Assembly: GCA_020725055.1 (NCBI GenBank)
Contig: DYFS01000004.1
Location: 1 to 42,919, forward strand
Direction of reading: 5' to 3'
DNA: 42,919 nucleotides
From: Candidatus Hadarchaeum sp.
Lineage (GTDB): Archaea; Hadarchaeota; Hadarchaeia; Hadarchaeales; Hadarchaeaceae
Shown one piece after another: positions 9,302 through 17,609 of the stretch (the stretch's first letter is position 1; every line of letters begins with the position of its first letter). The notes beneath the pieces were generated by a model. That model worked only from the letters and a program-made list of their open reading frames with translations. It ran no database searches and had not been told where the DNA came from. The translations under genes and the position numbers were made by a program.

Positions 9302-9661
9302 ATGGTAAAAATAATGGCCGTGGACGATGAACCGGACATCATCAGGTTGCTCACGAGGATCTTGAAGAGGGCCGGGTACGAGGTGGTAGCGTGCTCGAGT
9401 GGAGAGGAGTGCTTGAAGAAATTCCGGGCGGAGAAGCCGGACTTGATCCTGCTCGACATCATGATGCCAGGCATGGATGGCTGGCACGTTTACAAACGGA
9501 TAAAAGAGATCGATGAGGGGCAGAGGGTTGCTTTCCTCACCGTTTTAGGGGTTCCCGAGCCATCCCGGGAGGCTATGATCGAAATGGGCGCCGCCGATTA
9601 CATAATGAAGCCGTTCACCCCGGATGAGCTGTTGAAAAGGGTAAAAGCTATTTTGAAGTGA
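9302..9661 (+). CDS. Stand-alone response regulator receiver (CheY-like)
   Basis: VDDE, LLDIMMPGMDG, FLT and KPF motifs; no output domain. Confidence 0.93.
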   Translation: MVKIMAVDDEPDIIRLLTRILKRAGYEVVACSSGEECLKKFRAEKPDLILLDIMMPGMDGWHVYKRIKEIDEGQRVAFLTVLGVPEPSREAMIEMGAADYIMKPFTPDELLKRVKAILK

Positions 9662-10469
9662 GCTTTGCGCCCCTCAGCTTCTCGACCAGCTCGTAGGGTA
9701 CCCGGATAGTACCGATTGAGACATCGAACCCGTGCGAGTCCGTGCCACCCGTGATTAACAGGTGGAGTTCCTTCGCGAGCGCCTCGTAACGCTCGACCGT
9801 TGCCGAATCGTGCTCGCTGTGGTAGACCTCTATTCCCCTGAGGCCCCACTCGGCGAGATCGTGTATCAAATCGTCGACCTGCGCGAATACCGGATGTGCC
9901 AGCACAGCGACCCCGCCTATGCGACAAATCATGCGGATCGCCTCCCTCGGTGAGAGCCTGTATTTCGGCACGTGCGCTGGGCGACCGTCGCCGATGTAGC
10001 GCTCGAACGCCTCGTCCATCGATCGCACGTAGCCGTGCTTTATCATGACCTGCGCGATGTGCGGGCGACCGATAACCTCCCCCCTCGCGGCCGCCGCTAC
10101 CTCTTCGTAGGTGATTTCAACACCGAGCTTCCGCAGTTTCGCAATCATCCTCTTCGCCCTAGCCCTCCGCGCCTCTTGGAACTTGCGCAGCCTGTTCCCG
10201 AACTCGCGGTCGCGCCAGTCGATGAGGTAGCCGAGGATGTGGACTTCCGCTGGGCCAAACTCAGAGCTGAGCTCCACTCCCGGTATGACCTCAACGCCAT
10301 ATTTTTCGCTGGCCACCAGCGCTTTCTCTATTCCGTCGACGCTGTCGTGGTCAGCTATGCCAATTGCCGCTAATCCTAGCTCGTGGGCCCGCTTGACCAC
10401 TTCCTCCGAGCTAAGCCAGCCATCCGACGCGTTGGTGTGGACGTGCATGTCTGCGAATTTCTTGGCCAT
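9648..10469 (-). CDS. PHP-domain phosphoesterase (TrpH/YciV-like), paralog 2
   Basis: DMHVHTNASDG, ADHDS, HILGY, GRPH, LAHP, GGTDSHG; ATG at 10469 with AGGTGA RBS. Confidence 0.9.
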   Translation of the reverse strand: MAKKFADMHVHTNASDGWLSSEEVVKRAHELGLAAIGIADHDSVDGIEKALVASEKYGVEVIPGVELSSEFGPAEVHILGYLIDWRDREFGNRLRKFQEARRARAKRMIAKLRKLGVEITYEEVAAAARGEVIGRPHIAQVMIKHGYVRSMDEAFERYIGDGRPAHVPKYRLSPREAIRMICRIGGVAVLAHPVFAQVDDLIHDLAEWGLRGIEVYHSEHDSATVERYEALAKELHLLITGGTDSHGFDVSIGTIRVPYELVEKLRGAKLTSK

Positions 10470-10474
10470 GTTTT

Positions 10475-11704
10475 TCACCTTTTCAGTGTTTTTCGTGAGA
10501 CGTTCTCGGCGAGTATTTTTCCGCCCTTGATTACCCAGCGCCTGTCCGGTTGTATTCTAATAGCATCTTTCGGTGATGTGGCGTCGATTATCACAAGGTC
10601 GGCGCGCTTGCCCACAGCAATGCCATAATCGTCCAGCACCCCCAGCGTTCGGGCTGCGTTCGTCGTCGTCATCTTGAAGACAGCCTCAATCTCTTCGGGC
10701 GTCGTGAGCTGCGCGGCGTGGGCGCTTATGTTGGCGACCTCAAGCATGTCCGCCTTCCCGAATGGGTAGAAGGCATCGTTCACGCAGTCCTGCCCGAATG
10801 TCACGTTGACCCCCGCTGCGAGCAGCTCTTTCACGCGGGTGATGCCGCGCCTTATCGGCTGCTTGTCCCCGCGCCCTTGAATCACGAGGTTCGTCACAGG
10901 GTTTGTAATCATATTGATGTCCGCGAGCTTTACTTTTCGAATAACCTCGCGCGCGTAGTCGTCCGGGTAGGCCGCGAGCGCACACGTGTGGCCAGCGGTC
11001 ACCCTCCCTTGATAGCCTTCTTTGATCGTTTTTTCAGCGAGGTACTCGAGTGAGCGCGAGTTTGGGTCGTCTGTTTCGTCGACGTGCATATCTATGTTCG
11101 CGCCGAACTCCTTCGCGATTTCAAAACAGATGTCGATGTGGGGCCTCGCTTCCGAGTACGGGCGCTCGTGGTGCGGCATCCCACCGACCAAGTCCGCGCC
11201 GAGCCCCATAGCTTTCCTCATGAGCTCCTCCGTGCCCGGGTCTTGCAGAATCCCCTCCTGCGGGAAAGCAACAACTTGAATGTCCATGATGTTTTTGAAC
11301 CTCTCTCGAGCTGCCAGCAGCCCCCTGATGGGAGTCAGTCCGCCTATGGTGTCAACATCCGCATGCGTCCGCATCCTCGTTGTGCCGTTGAGGGCCGCGA
11401 GTTCGATTACCTTGTCCGCGCGCTTCACGATGTCGGCTACTGTATACTTACGCTTCTTCTCCCAGATGATCTCGATTGCTTCCTGTAGGGTGCCGGAGAC
11501 GTTCGGCCTGATGTCGTCGCCTATCATGCATTTATCCAAGTGGATGTGGGGGTCGATGAAGGCGGGTGAAACCAACATTCCCTCGGCGTCGATCACCTTC
11601 CGTGCTTTGCCCCGAATTTTACCTATCTTAGCGATTTTGCTACCCTCGATGCCGATATCCGTTAGCCCGCGTTCGCCCACGATATGTGCGTTTCGAATTA
11701 CCAA
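10475..11704 (-). CDS. codA: Cytosine deaminase (bacterial-type amidohydrolase)
   Basis: DPHIHLDK, VAFPQEG, HVDETDDP.SR, QGR.D..P.RRG.TRVKEL and GQD motifs; start uncertain (TTG 11704 or ATA 11710). Confidence 0.82.
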   Translation of the reverse strand: MVIRNAHIVGERGLTDIGIEGSKIAKIGKIRGKARKVIDAEGMLVSPAFIDPHIHLDKCMIGDDIRPNVSGTLQEAIEIIWEKKRKYTVADIVKRADKVIELAALNGTTRMRTHADVDTIGGLTPIRGLLAARERFKNIMDIQVVAFPQEGILQDPGTEELMRKAMGLGADLVGGMPHHERPYSEARPHIDICFEIAKEFGANIDMHVDETDDPNSRSLEYLAEKTIKEGYQGRVTAGHTCALAAYPDDYAREVIRKVKLADINMITNPVTNLVIQGRGDKQPIRRGITRVKELLAAGVNVTFGQDCVNDAFYPFGKADMLEVANISAHAAQLTTPEEIEAVFKMTTTNAARTLGVLDDYGIAVGKRADLVIIDATSPKDAIRIQPDRRWVIKGGKILAENVSRKTLKR

Positions 11705-11789
11705 GTCTATGACAATACCCCGTACGACTTATATCGAACTACTTATTAACGGCTGTAAAGTGGTTTTTGTTTCAAACTCGGGATAGACC

Positions 11790-12410
11790 CTAAATATATC
11801 CTCCCGATCTCATCCTCCCTTTCCTTACAAACAAGAGTGGGAACACGATGTCGCTCGTGCAGCACGGGACCCACACAGCTATGAAAAGCACCACGAACAT
11901 GAGCGGGAATATCGGGAGCCAGTCCACCACCCCGAACGCCATGAGGTAGAAGAGTGACGCCAATGTGCTTATCAACACGTGGGCCGCGTGCGGGCAGCGG
12001 GTCCAGCGCCCCGTCAAGGCCCCCAGCGCCGCCCCCACGAGCCCAGGTATGACAGCAAACCACGGGTGCGTTAGTAAACAAATGTGTAGTTCCATCTCGG
12101 CTCCAAGCAACGCTCCCCCCATGTAAGGGAATAAAATATCACTTATCATGCATATCCCCACTGCCCCCAAGAATCCGACGGCCACCGACCCCGTGAGTCC
12201 TCCTCGGTGCGACCTGAACATCGCAGCAGTCACGATTGAACTCAGCAGCATGTGGGCGGGGTACAAAAGGTGGAAGGAGTGGTGAGACACCTCTGGGTCA
12301 AGCCTCGCTAGGGACATGACAGCCATCACGACTACCCCTACTGCAGCCCCCAGGGCCGTGAAGGGTGCGTGCTCCTTGAGCTCAGCCGCGATGTGTTTAA
12401 GTCGACTCAT
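11790..12410 (-). CDS. Hypothetical His/Cys-rich integral membrane protein downstream of feoB
   Basis: About 6 TM segments; EHAPFT, PAH, HICL..H, PHAAHVLIS and VPCCTSDIVFP motifs; ATG at 12410. Confidence 0.7.
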   Translation of the reverse strand: MSRLKHIAAELKEHAPFTALGAAVGVVVMAVMSLARLDPEVSHHSFHLLYPAHMLLSSIVTAAMFRSHRGGLTGSVAVGFLGAVGICMISDILFPYMGGALLGAEMELHICLLTHPWFAVIPGLVGAALGALTGRWTRCPHAAHVLISTLASLFYLMAFGVVDWLPIFPLMFVVLFIAVWVPCCTSDIVFPLLFVRKGRMRSGGYI

Positions 12411-12509
12411 GGGTATCCCCGAGCAATGACCCAGAAACATGGGGCATCGTCCTGCAAACCGTTTTCGTTATATGGCATGTTTTCTTTCACTCCGCCGATA
12501 ACCTTTTTC

Positions 12510-14432
12510 CTACACTAGAGTCAGCAGCCTGAACGCGATGCCGCCTAGGAGGAGGGCGAACGCTATCTCGAACACCGTGATGTAGGCAGCCTTCTTCCAG
12601 CCCAGCTCCTTCACCAACGCAGCAATGGTTGCGATGCAGGGGATGTAGTACATCACGACTATGGCGAAGACTATCATTTGAGTCGGGGTTAGGACTGTTG
12701 CAAAATTTGCCGTGCCCATAAGTGTCGCGAGCATGACCAGCGTGAGCTCCTTCCTGAGGACTCCGAAGATGAGCAGGACGCCTGCGATTGCGGGTAGCCC
12801 CAGCCACCCAACCGTGACGGGGCTCATGGCACTTCCGATGGGCCCCAGCAACCCCCCGACCTTTAGCCCCGTAAGCACGACGCTGCCGATGATGATCAGT
12901 GGAAACGCGATGTAGATGAAATCTTTCAGCCTCATCCAAGTCTCCTTGAGTACCGAGCGAGCGTGCGGCTTTCGGTAGGGCGGCATCTCCATGATCAGCC
13001 CCATGGGTTCGCCTGGCAGGACCTTGAACGCGACCCTCCCTAGGATGAAGATCATCGCCAAGTTTAGCAGATACAGTGATAGTGCCCAGTGGATACCCAC
13101 ATAGGCCCCAACCAAGCCAAAGACCACGACCGTCACGGCGGCGCATGGGACAAGCGTCACGACGAACGCGGCGATCGTCCGCTCTCGCTCGGTCTCCATT
13201 ATCCTGCATCCCAGGCACGCAGGGACATTGCAGCCGTAGCCTAGGATAAACGGGATGAAGGCTTTGCCGTGAATTCCCATCTTGTGCATGAGGCTATCGG
13301 CAATAAACGCGGCTCGGGGCAAGTATCCTGAATCCTCGAGAACCGTCAGGATCAGGTAGAATGGCAGGATGAACGGCAACACTATGGCGATCCCAGCTAT
13401 CAATCCGCCGAGCAGCCCCTCCCCAATCAACTCCCCCGCCCCACCTCCAAACGCGCCTCGAACTGGCTCCATCACGTCCTCAAAAAATCCACTCAGGTGG
13501 CCACCGACGGTAAAAACCGCGAGTAAAGTCAAAAATATAACGCCAACCAATACTGGGTAGCCCAAGACCGGGTGGGTTGTCACCGCGTCCAGCTTCTCCG
13601 TGAGAGTCGGTCCCTTGGGCGGCGTAATCCGCTGGCTTCCCCTAGAAATCTTGTTCGCGATGTTGTAGCGCTCCGACGTTATTATGGTTGAACATCGCTC
13701 GCCGTGGATTCGTTCCAAATCCCTAGCGTGCTTCTCAGTGGCAGAAACTATTTTCGGATCGATTCCACCGACAATTCCCCTAATCTCCTCGTCGCCTTCG
13801 AGGAGTTTGATCGCGACCCATCTCGGCGGGTACTTGATGGGGATTTTCTCTACAAGCTTTGTGACCCTGCGAATTTTTTCTTCTATTTCCCTGCCGTATC
13901 TGGCTGGCTTCGCTTTCTCTTTACTCTTTACGATCCTCACGGCTTTGTCCAGTAGCTTGTCTAGGCCGGTTCCCCTCGTGGCAATGGTCGGGGTTACGGG
14001 TACGCCGAGGGACTTTTGTAGCTCAGGAACATTGATACTTATCCCCTTCCCCTCTGCCACATCCACCTGGTTCAGCGCCACGATCATCGGCGTCTCCAGT
14101 TCGAGCAGCTGGAGGGTAAAGAAGAGGTTTCTTTCGAGTGCTGAGGCGTCGACGATGTTTATGACGATGTCTGGCTTTTGGATTGCGATGTACTCCCGGG
14201 ATATCCGCTCCTCAATCGAGAACGCGGAGAGTGAATAGATGCCAGGCAGGTCGAGGATATCTATCGTGTGCCCTTTGAAGTAGAGCGTCCCCTCGGCCTT
14301 TTCAACAGTTTTTCCTGGCCAGTTTCCGATGTGCTGGTGTAGCCCGGTAAGATAATTGAAGACGACCGATTTCCCGACGTTCGCATTGCCAGCTAGGGCT
14401 ACAGTCAGGGATTTTCTCCCGGCGGTTGGCAT
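12510..14432 (-). CDS. feoB: Ferrous iron transport protein B
   Basis: GNANVGKS, GNWPGKTVE, DLPGIYSL GTPase motifs; LEDSGY..RAAF, GYGCNVPA, VPC and YIPC membrane motifs. Confidence 0.96.
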   Translation of the reverse strand: MPTAGRKSLTVALAGNANVGKSVVFNYLTGLHQHIGNWPGKTVEKAEGTLYFKGHTIDILDLPGIYSLSAFSIEERISREYIAIQKPDIVINIVDASALERNLFFTLQLLELETPMIVALNQVDVAEGKGISINVPELQKSLGVPVTPTIATRGTGLDKLLDKAVRIVKSKEKAKPARYGREIEEKIRRVTKLVEKIPIKYPPRWVAIKLLEGDEEIRGIVGGIDPKIVSATEKHARDLERIHGERCSTIITSERYNIANKISRGSQRITPPKGPTLTEKLDAVTTHPVLGYPVLVGVIFLTLLAVFTVGGHLSGFFEDVMEPVRGAFGGGAGELIGEGLLGGLIAGIAIVLPFILPFYLILTVLEDSGYLPRAAFIADSLMHKMGIHGKAFIPFILGYGCNVPACLGCRIMETERERTIAAFVVTLVPCAAVTVVVFGLVGAYVGIHWALSLYLLNLAMIFILGRVAFKVLPGEPMGLIMEMPPYRKPHARSVLKETWMRLKDFIYIAFPLIIIGSVVLTGLKVGGLLGPIGSAMSPVTVGWLGLPAIAGVLLIFGVLRKELTLVMLATLMGTANFATVLTPTQMIVFAIVVMYYIPCIATIAALVKELGWKKAAYITVFEIAFALLLGGIAFRLLTLV

Positions 14433-14433
14433 T

Positions 14434-15051
14434 TTATTCCGCCTTCACAAAAACTTTTGCCGCCACGCCACGGCCGATCGCCAGAGTGGTGCCTCTCACA
14501 GAGACCATAAGCGGGCCGCGGAACAGCGCCGACTTGACGACCTTTATTTCCGTGCGAGGTGTCAGCCCTAGATCGGCAAGCCTCTGGGAAGCTCCCCACC
14601 CGCCCCCGATGAAAGACACCACACATTTCTGCCCGTCCAACACGCTGGTGAGCGGCACAACGTTACTGGGAACCCCTGGGGGCAGTGGTCTTTCACCTTC
14701 AACTCTTTGGTAGATAGCCCGCTCGAGATCATCAGGGATGTGGTGTTCCAGCTCACACGCATTTCTGTGGAGTCTGGATTTTGGTAAGCCAAGATTGCTT
14801 AGAAACTTTTCCATCACCCGATGCTTCCTCAGAATTTTTTTCCCGGTTTTTTCCCCTTTGGGTGTTAAAGTGACCCCTCGGTAGGGAGTATATTTTAGGT
14901 ATCCCCGCTTGGCCAATTTTTTCAACATCTGGGTTACACTTGCGGGCGCTACCTTGAGCTCCCTAGCTACGCTTGTGGTAGTAGCGGCGTCCCCTCGCTC
15001 GCGCAGGTTGTAAATCGCCTCTAGATACTCTTCGGTACTCTCGGTAATCAT
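14434..15051 (-). CDS. DtxR/MntR-family metal-dependent repressor with C-terminal FeoA domain
   Basis: EEYLEAIY, ASVTQML..L, RKHR..E.FL, ACELEH; C-terminal RLADLGL.P...GPL.V.VRG. Confidence 0.92.
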   Translation of the reverse strand: MITESTEEYLEAIYNLRERGDAATTTSVARELKVAPASVTQMLKKLAKRGYLKYTPYRGVTLTPKGEKTGKKILRKHRVMEKFLSNLGLPKSRLHRNACELEHHIPDDLERAIYQRVEGERPLPPGVPSNVVPLTSVLDGQKCVVSFIGGGWGASQRLADLGLTPRTEIKVVKSALFRGPLMVSVRGTTLAIGRGVAAKVFVKAE

Positions 15052-15057
15052 CAGTTA

Positions 15058-15079
15058 AAGTTTAAGTGTGCCTAAATTT
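15058..15079. promoter_or_regulatory. Putative DtxR-type operator (near-palindrome AAGTTTAAG-TGTG-CCTAAATTT) abutting the TATA box
   Basis: Imperfect inverted repeat TTTA(A/G)G...C(C/T)TAAA between a minus-strand TTTAAA and the ATG at 15051. Confidence 0.6.
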
Positions 15080-15096
15080 AAAAATGTTTGGTCAAC

Positions 15097-15726
15097 CTAA
15101 ATTTTGAGTGCTTCCGTGACTTTTTCTAACGCCTGCCTTAACCTCTCCAACCCATCGACATCGTTGCGCACCACCACTAGCGGCGCCGGAGCTTGTCGCT
15201 TCAACCCCGCTTCAGATTTCAGATAAAGCTCCTCGTAATCGTCGTATTTGTAGTACCGCTCCATGATGTCGCTGGGGGCAATGTGGTCGTCAAGGGTTTT
15301 GCTGCGGGCCTCCCTGAACCTGCGGACATTTCGCTGCACGCAGACATCGTAGGGGCAATATATGTAAAGGAGCAGCGAGCGCCCAAGCACCTCCCGGTCG
15401 AAGTTCTTCAACGCTTTAATGTAACGATCTCGGGCGAATTCTACGAAGATCATTTTCCCTGGCCGCTCGAGTTCCTTTAGCTTGCGGTTGATTTCTTTGA
15501 GCACGTCGTCGAGAATCGCAAAATCTGTGACGACGAAGCCGCCCTCCTTCCTGTAGTGGCGTTTGAACTCTGTGTCGCGGTCGAGGAGTTCCTGCAGCAC
15601 CGGGAAGTCGTCGATGCGCATGACCTCTTCAGCCAGCCCCTCAGCCCGCAGCCGCTCAGATAGGAGGCGGCAGATGGCGGATTTACCGGAACCCGGGCGC
15701 CCGAGCAGAAACACGTAGCTAAACAT
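15097..15726 (-). CDS. P-loop NTPase, nucleoside-monophosphate-kinase-like
   Basis: N-terminal Walker A GRPGSGKS, hhhE Walker B-like strand, lid-like RN.RR; ATG at 15726 just after the upstream stop. Confidence 0.7.
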   Translation of the reverse strand: MFSYVFLLGRPGSGKSAICRLLSERLRAEGLAEEVMRIDDFPVLQELLDRDTEFKRHYRKEGGFVVTDFAILDDVLKEINRKLKELERPGKMIFVEFARDRYIKALKNFDREVLGRSLLLYIYCPYDVCVQRNVRRFREARSKTLDDHIAPSDIMERYYKYDDYEELYLKSEAGLKRQAPAPLVVVRNDVDGLERLRQALEKVTEALKI

Positions 15727-15727
15727 C

Positions 15728-16711
15728 TCAAACACCGAAGACCTCGCACACGTACCTGCTCTCCGCCGCCAGCAGGTCGTGCCGCGCCAGCACCTGCTCG
15801 ACGTTCTTCAACGCGGTCTCGAGCACCACCACCTCAACCCCCTTCCGCTTGACGATCTCGGCGTAGCGCCCCAGGTTCTCGCGCTTCAGCTCCCCCCACT
15901 CCAAGTGGAGCGGCGGATGGAACATGCGCTTGCCGGGTACGTAGTCGTTGAGGTGTAGCTCCTTGAGCAGCTCGGGGGGCAGTATCTCCATTACCTTCTC
16001 CGGCGACGGTGGGATCTCCTTGCCGGCGTCGGCGCGGGTTAGCCAGTGCCCGATGTCGAGGTTGAAGTAAACGTCTACCCCCTGCCGCCGCGCGTCCTCG
16101 ATCGCGAGCACACATTCCCCTATCTCGCTAAAGACGTTGTCAAACACCGTGTTGTTCTCCATGCAAAAATTAACCCCGAGCCGCGATGCGAGCTCCGCAA
16201 GCTCAACCAAACTCCGCACGAGGGCCCCGCGCATGCGCTCGCGGTACCTTCCAACCGCGTGGTAGAACGGCGCGCTGCCCGGGTGGGCGTTGACATGCTT
16301 TGCCCCGATGTCGGCGGCAAACTCTATGCACTGCTTGTGGAGCTCCACGGCGATTGCGCGGTCGTCCTCCTGCATGCAGCAAAGCGCACCGCCAACGTAG
16401 CTGTACGGCAGGTGGAGCGAGAGCGTGATGTCGTTGTACTCGGCCACGCGCTTGATCTTCTCACGGTGTTCGCGCGGCAGGCCCAAGTACGGGTTTGGTG
16501 GGTCAGCGTCGAGCTCGACGTGGCCAAAACCGAGCTTGCGCGCGACCTCAATCTGGCGCGTGGTGTCGAGCTTGGTTTTGTGGAGCGCAGCGGCGTTCAT
16601 CGAGCCCAAGTCGAGCGTGCCCGCAGCGAAGGCCTTCTTTTCCTCATCTGAGAGGTAATCGAAAACCAAGCAGTTCGTGAAGTCGCGCCCTAGCCTCATT
16701 GCACCACGCAT
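15728..16711 (-). CDS. Sugar phosphate isomerase/epimerase (xylose isomerase-like/AP endonuclease 2 TIM barrel)
   Basis: SLHLP, HPG, MENN, DIGH, ELHLND, HPPL and VLE metal-ligand pattern. Confidence 0.78.
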   Translation of the reverse strand: MRGAMRLGRDFTNCLVFDYLSDEEKKAFAAGTLDLGSMNAAALHKTKLDTTRQIEVARKLGFGHVELDADPPNPYLGLPREHREKIKRVAEYNDITLSLHLPYSYVGGALCCMQEDDRAIAVELHKQCIEFAADIGAKHVNAHPGSAPFYHAVGRYRERMRGALVRSLVELAELASRLGVNFCMENNTVFDNVFSEIGECVLAIEDARRQGVDVYFNLDIGHWLTRADAGKEIPPSPEKVMEILPPELLKELHLNDYVPGKRMFHPPLHLEWGELKRENLGRYAEIVKRKGVEVVVLETALKNVEQVLARHDLLAAESRYVCEVFGV

Positions 16712-16766
16712 TTAAACTCCCCTCACACTTTTATTAACCCGTGTCCTAATCGTGCTGGGTAGGTGA

Positions 16767-17591
16767 ATGAAGATTGTTTCAACCGAGCGCCCTGCCACAA
16801 AGGAAAAGCGGCAATACCACATCGCATGCGCCCCGGGGGAGGTCGCCCCCTGCGTGCTTTTGCCCGGCGACCCGGAGCGCGTGCCGAAGATCGCGCGCCT
16901 GTGGGACGAGGCCAAGAAAGTCGCTTACCACCGGGAGTATCAAACTTACACCGGCAAGGCTGGGGGAGTGCCGATCTCAGCAACTTCTACGGGCATAGGC
17001 TGCCCTAGCCTCGCGATAGCTGTCGAGGAGCTGGCGGCGGTTGGGGCCAACACCTTCATTCGGGTGGGAAGCTCTGGCAGCATACAACGGGATGTCAAGG
17101 TCGGGGATGTTGTGATCTCAAACGCTGCGGTCAGGCTGGAGGGGACGAGCAAGCAGTACGTGCGCGTCGAGTACCCCGCGGCGGCAAATTATGAGGTGCT
17201 GCTGGCATTAATTCAAGCTGCCGAGAAGCTCGGGCACCGCTACCACGTTGGGATAACCGCTTCGACCGACTCCTTCTACCTTGGTCAGGGCAGACCTGGC
17301 TTGGGCGGGTACACCCAATCGTTTGCGAAAGACGTAATGCAAGATCTGCAGGCAGCGCGGGTCATGAATTTCGAGATGGAGACTGCGTCGCTCTTCACGA
17401 TTGCTGGCGTTTATGGCTTCCGTGCAGGGAGCGTTTGTGCGATTTTCGCGAACCGCGTTACCGGCGAGTTCGGAGTTGGTGAGGGGGAAATGGCGAGTGC
17501 TGAAATCGCGACTGAGGCTGTAAAAATTTTGGCGAAGATGGACAATGAGAAACAAAAATCTAAGAAAAGGCATTGGGTACCCTCTGTTTAG
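16767..17591 (+). CDS. udp: Uridine phosphorylase (NP-I family)
   Basis: QYHI, LPGDPERV, REY, STGIG.PS..IAVEEL, RVGSSG, SFY.GQGR and NFEME motifs. Confidence 0.9.
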   Translation: MKIVSTERPATKEKRQYHIACAPGEVAPCVLLPGDPERVPKIARLWDEAKKVAYHREYQTYTGKAGGVPISATSTGIGCPSLAIAVEELAAVGANTFIRVGSSGSIQRDVKVGDVVISNAAVRLEGTSKQYVRVEYPAAANYEVLLALIQAAEKLGHRYHVGITASTDSFYLGQGRPGLGGYTQSFAKDVMQDLQAARVMNFEMETASLFTIAGVYGFRAGSVCAIFANRVTGEFGVGEGEMASAEIATEAVKILAKMDNEKQKSKKRHWVPSV

Positions 17592-17609
17592 GTTGATTTC
17601 GGTGGGCTG

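Noticed and set aside
14434-15051. DtxR-FeoA fusion as a novelty
   Set aside because: A C-terminal FeoA/SH3-like domain is normal in DtxR-family repressors.
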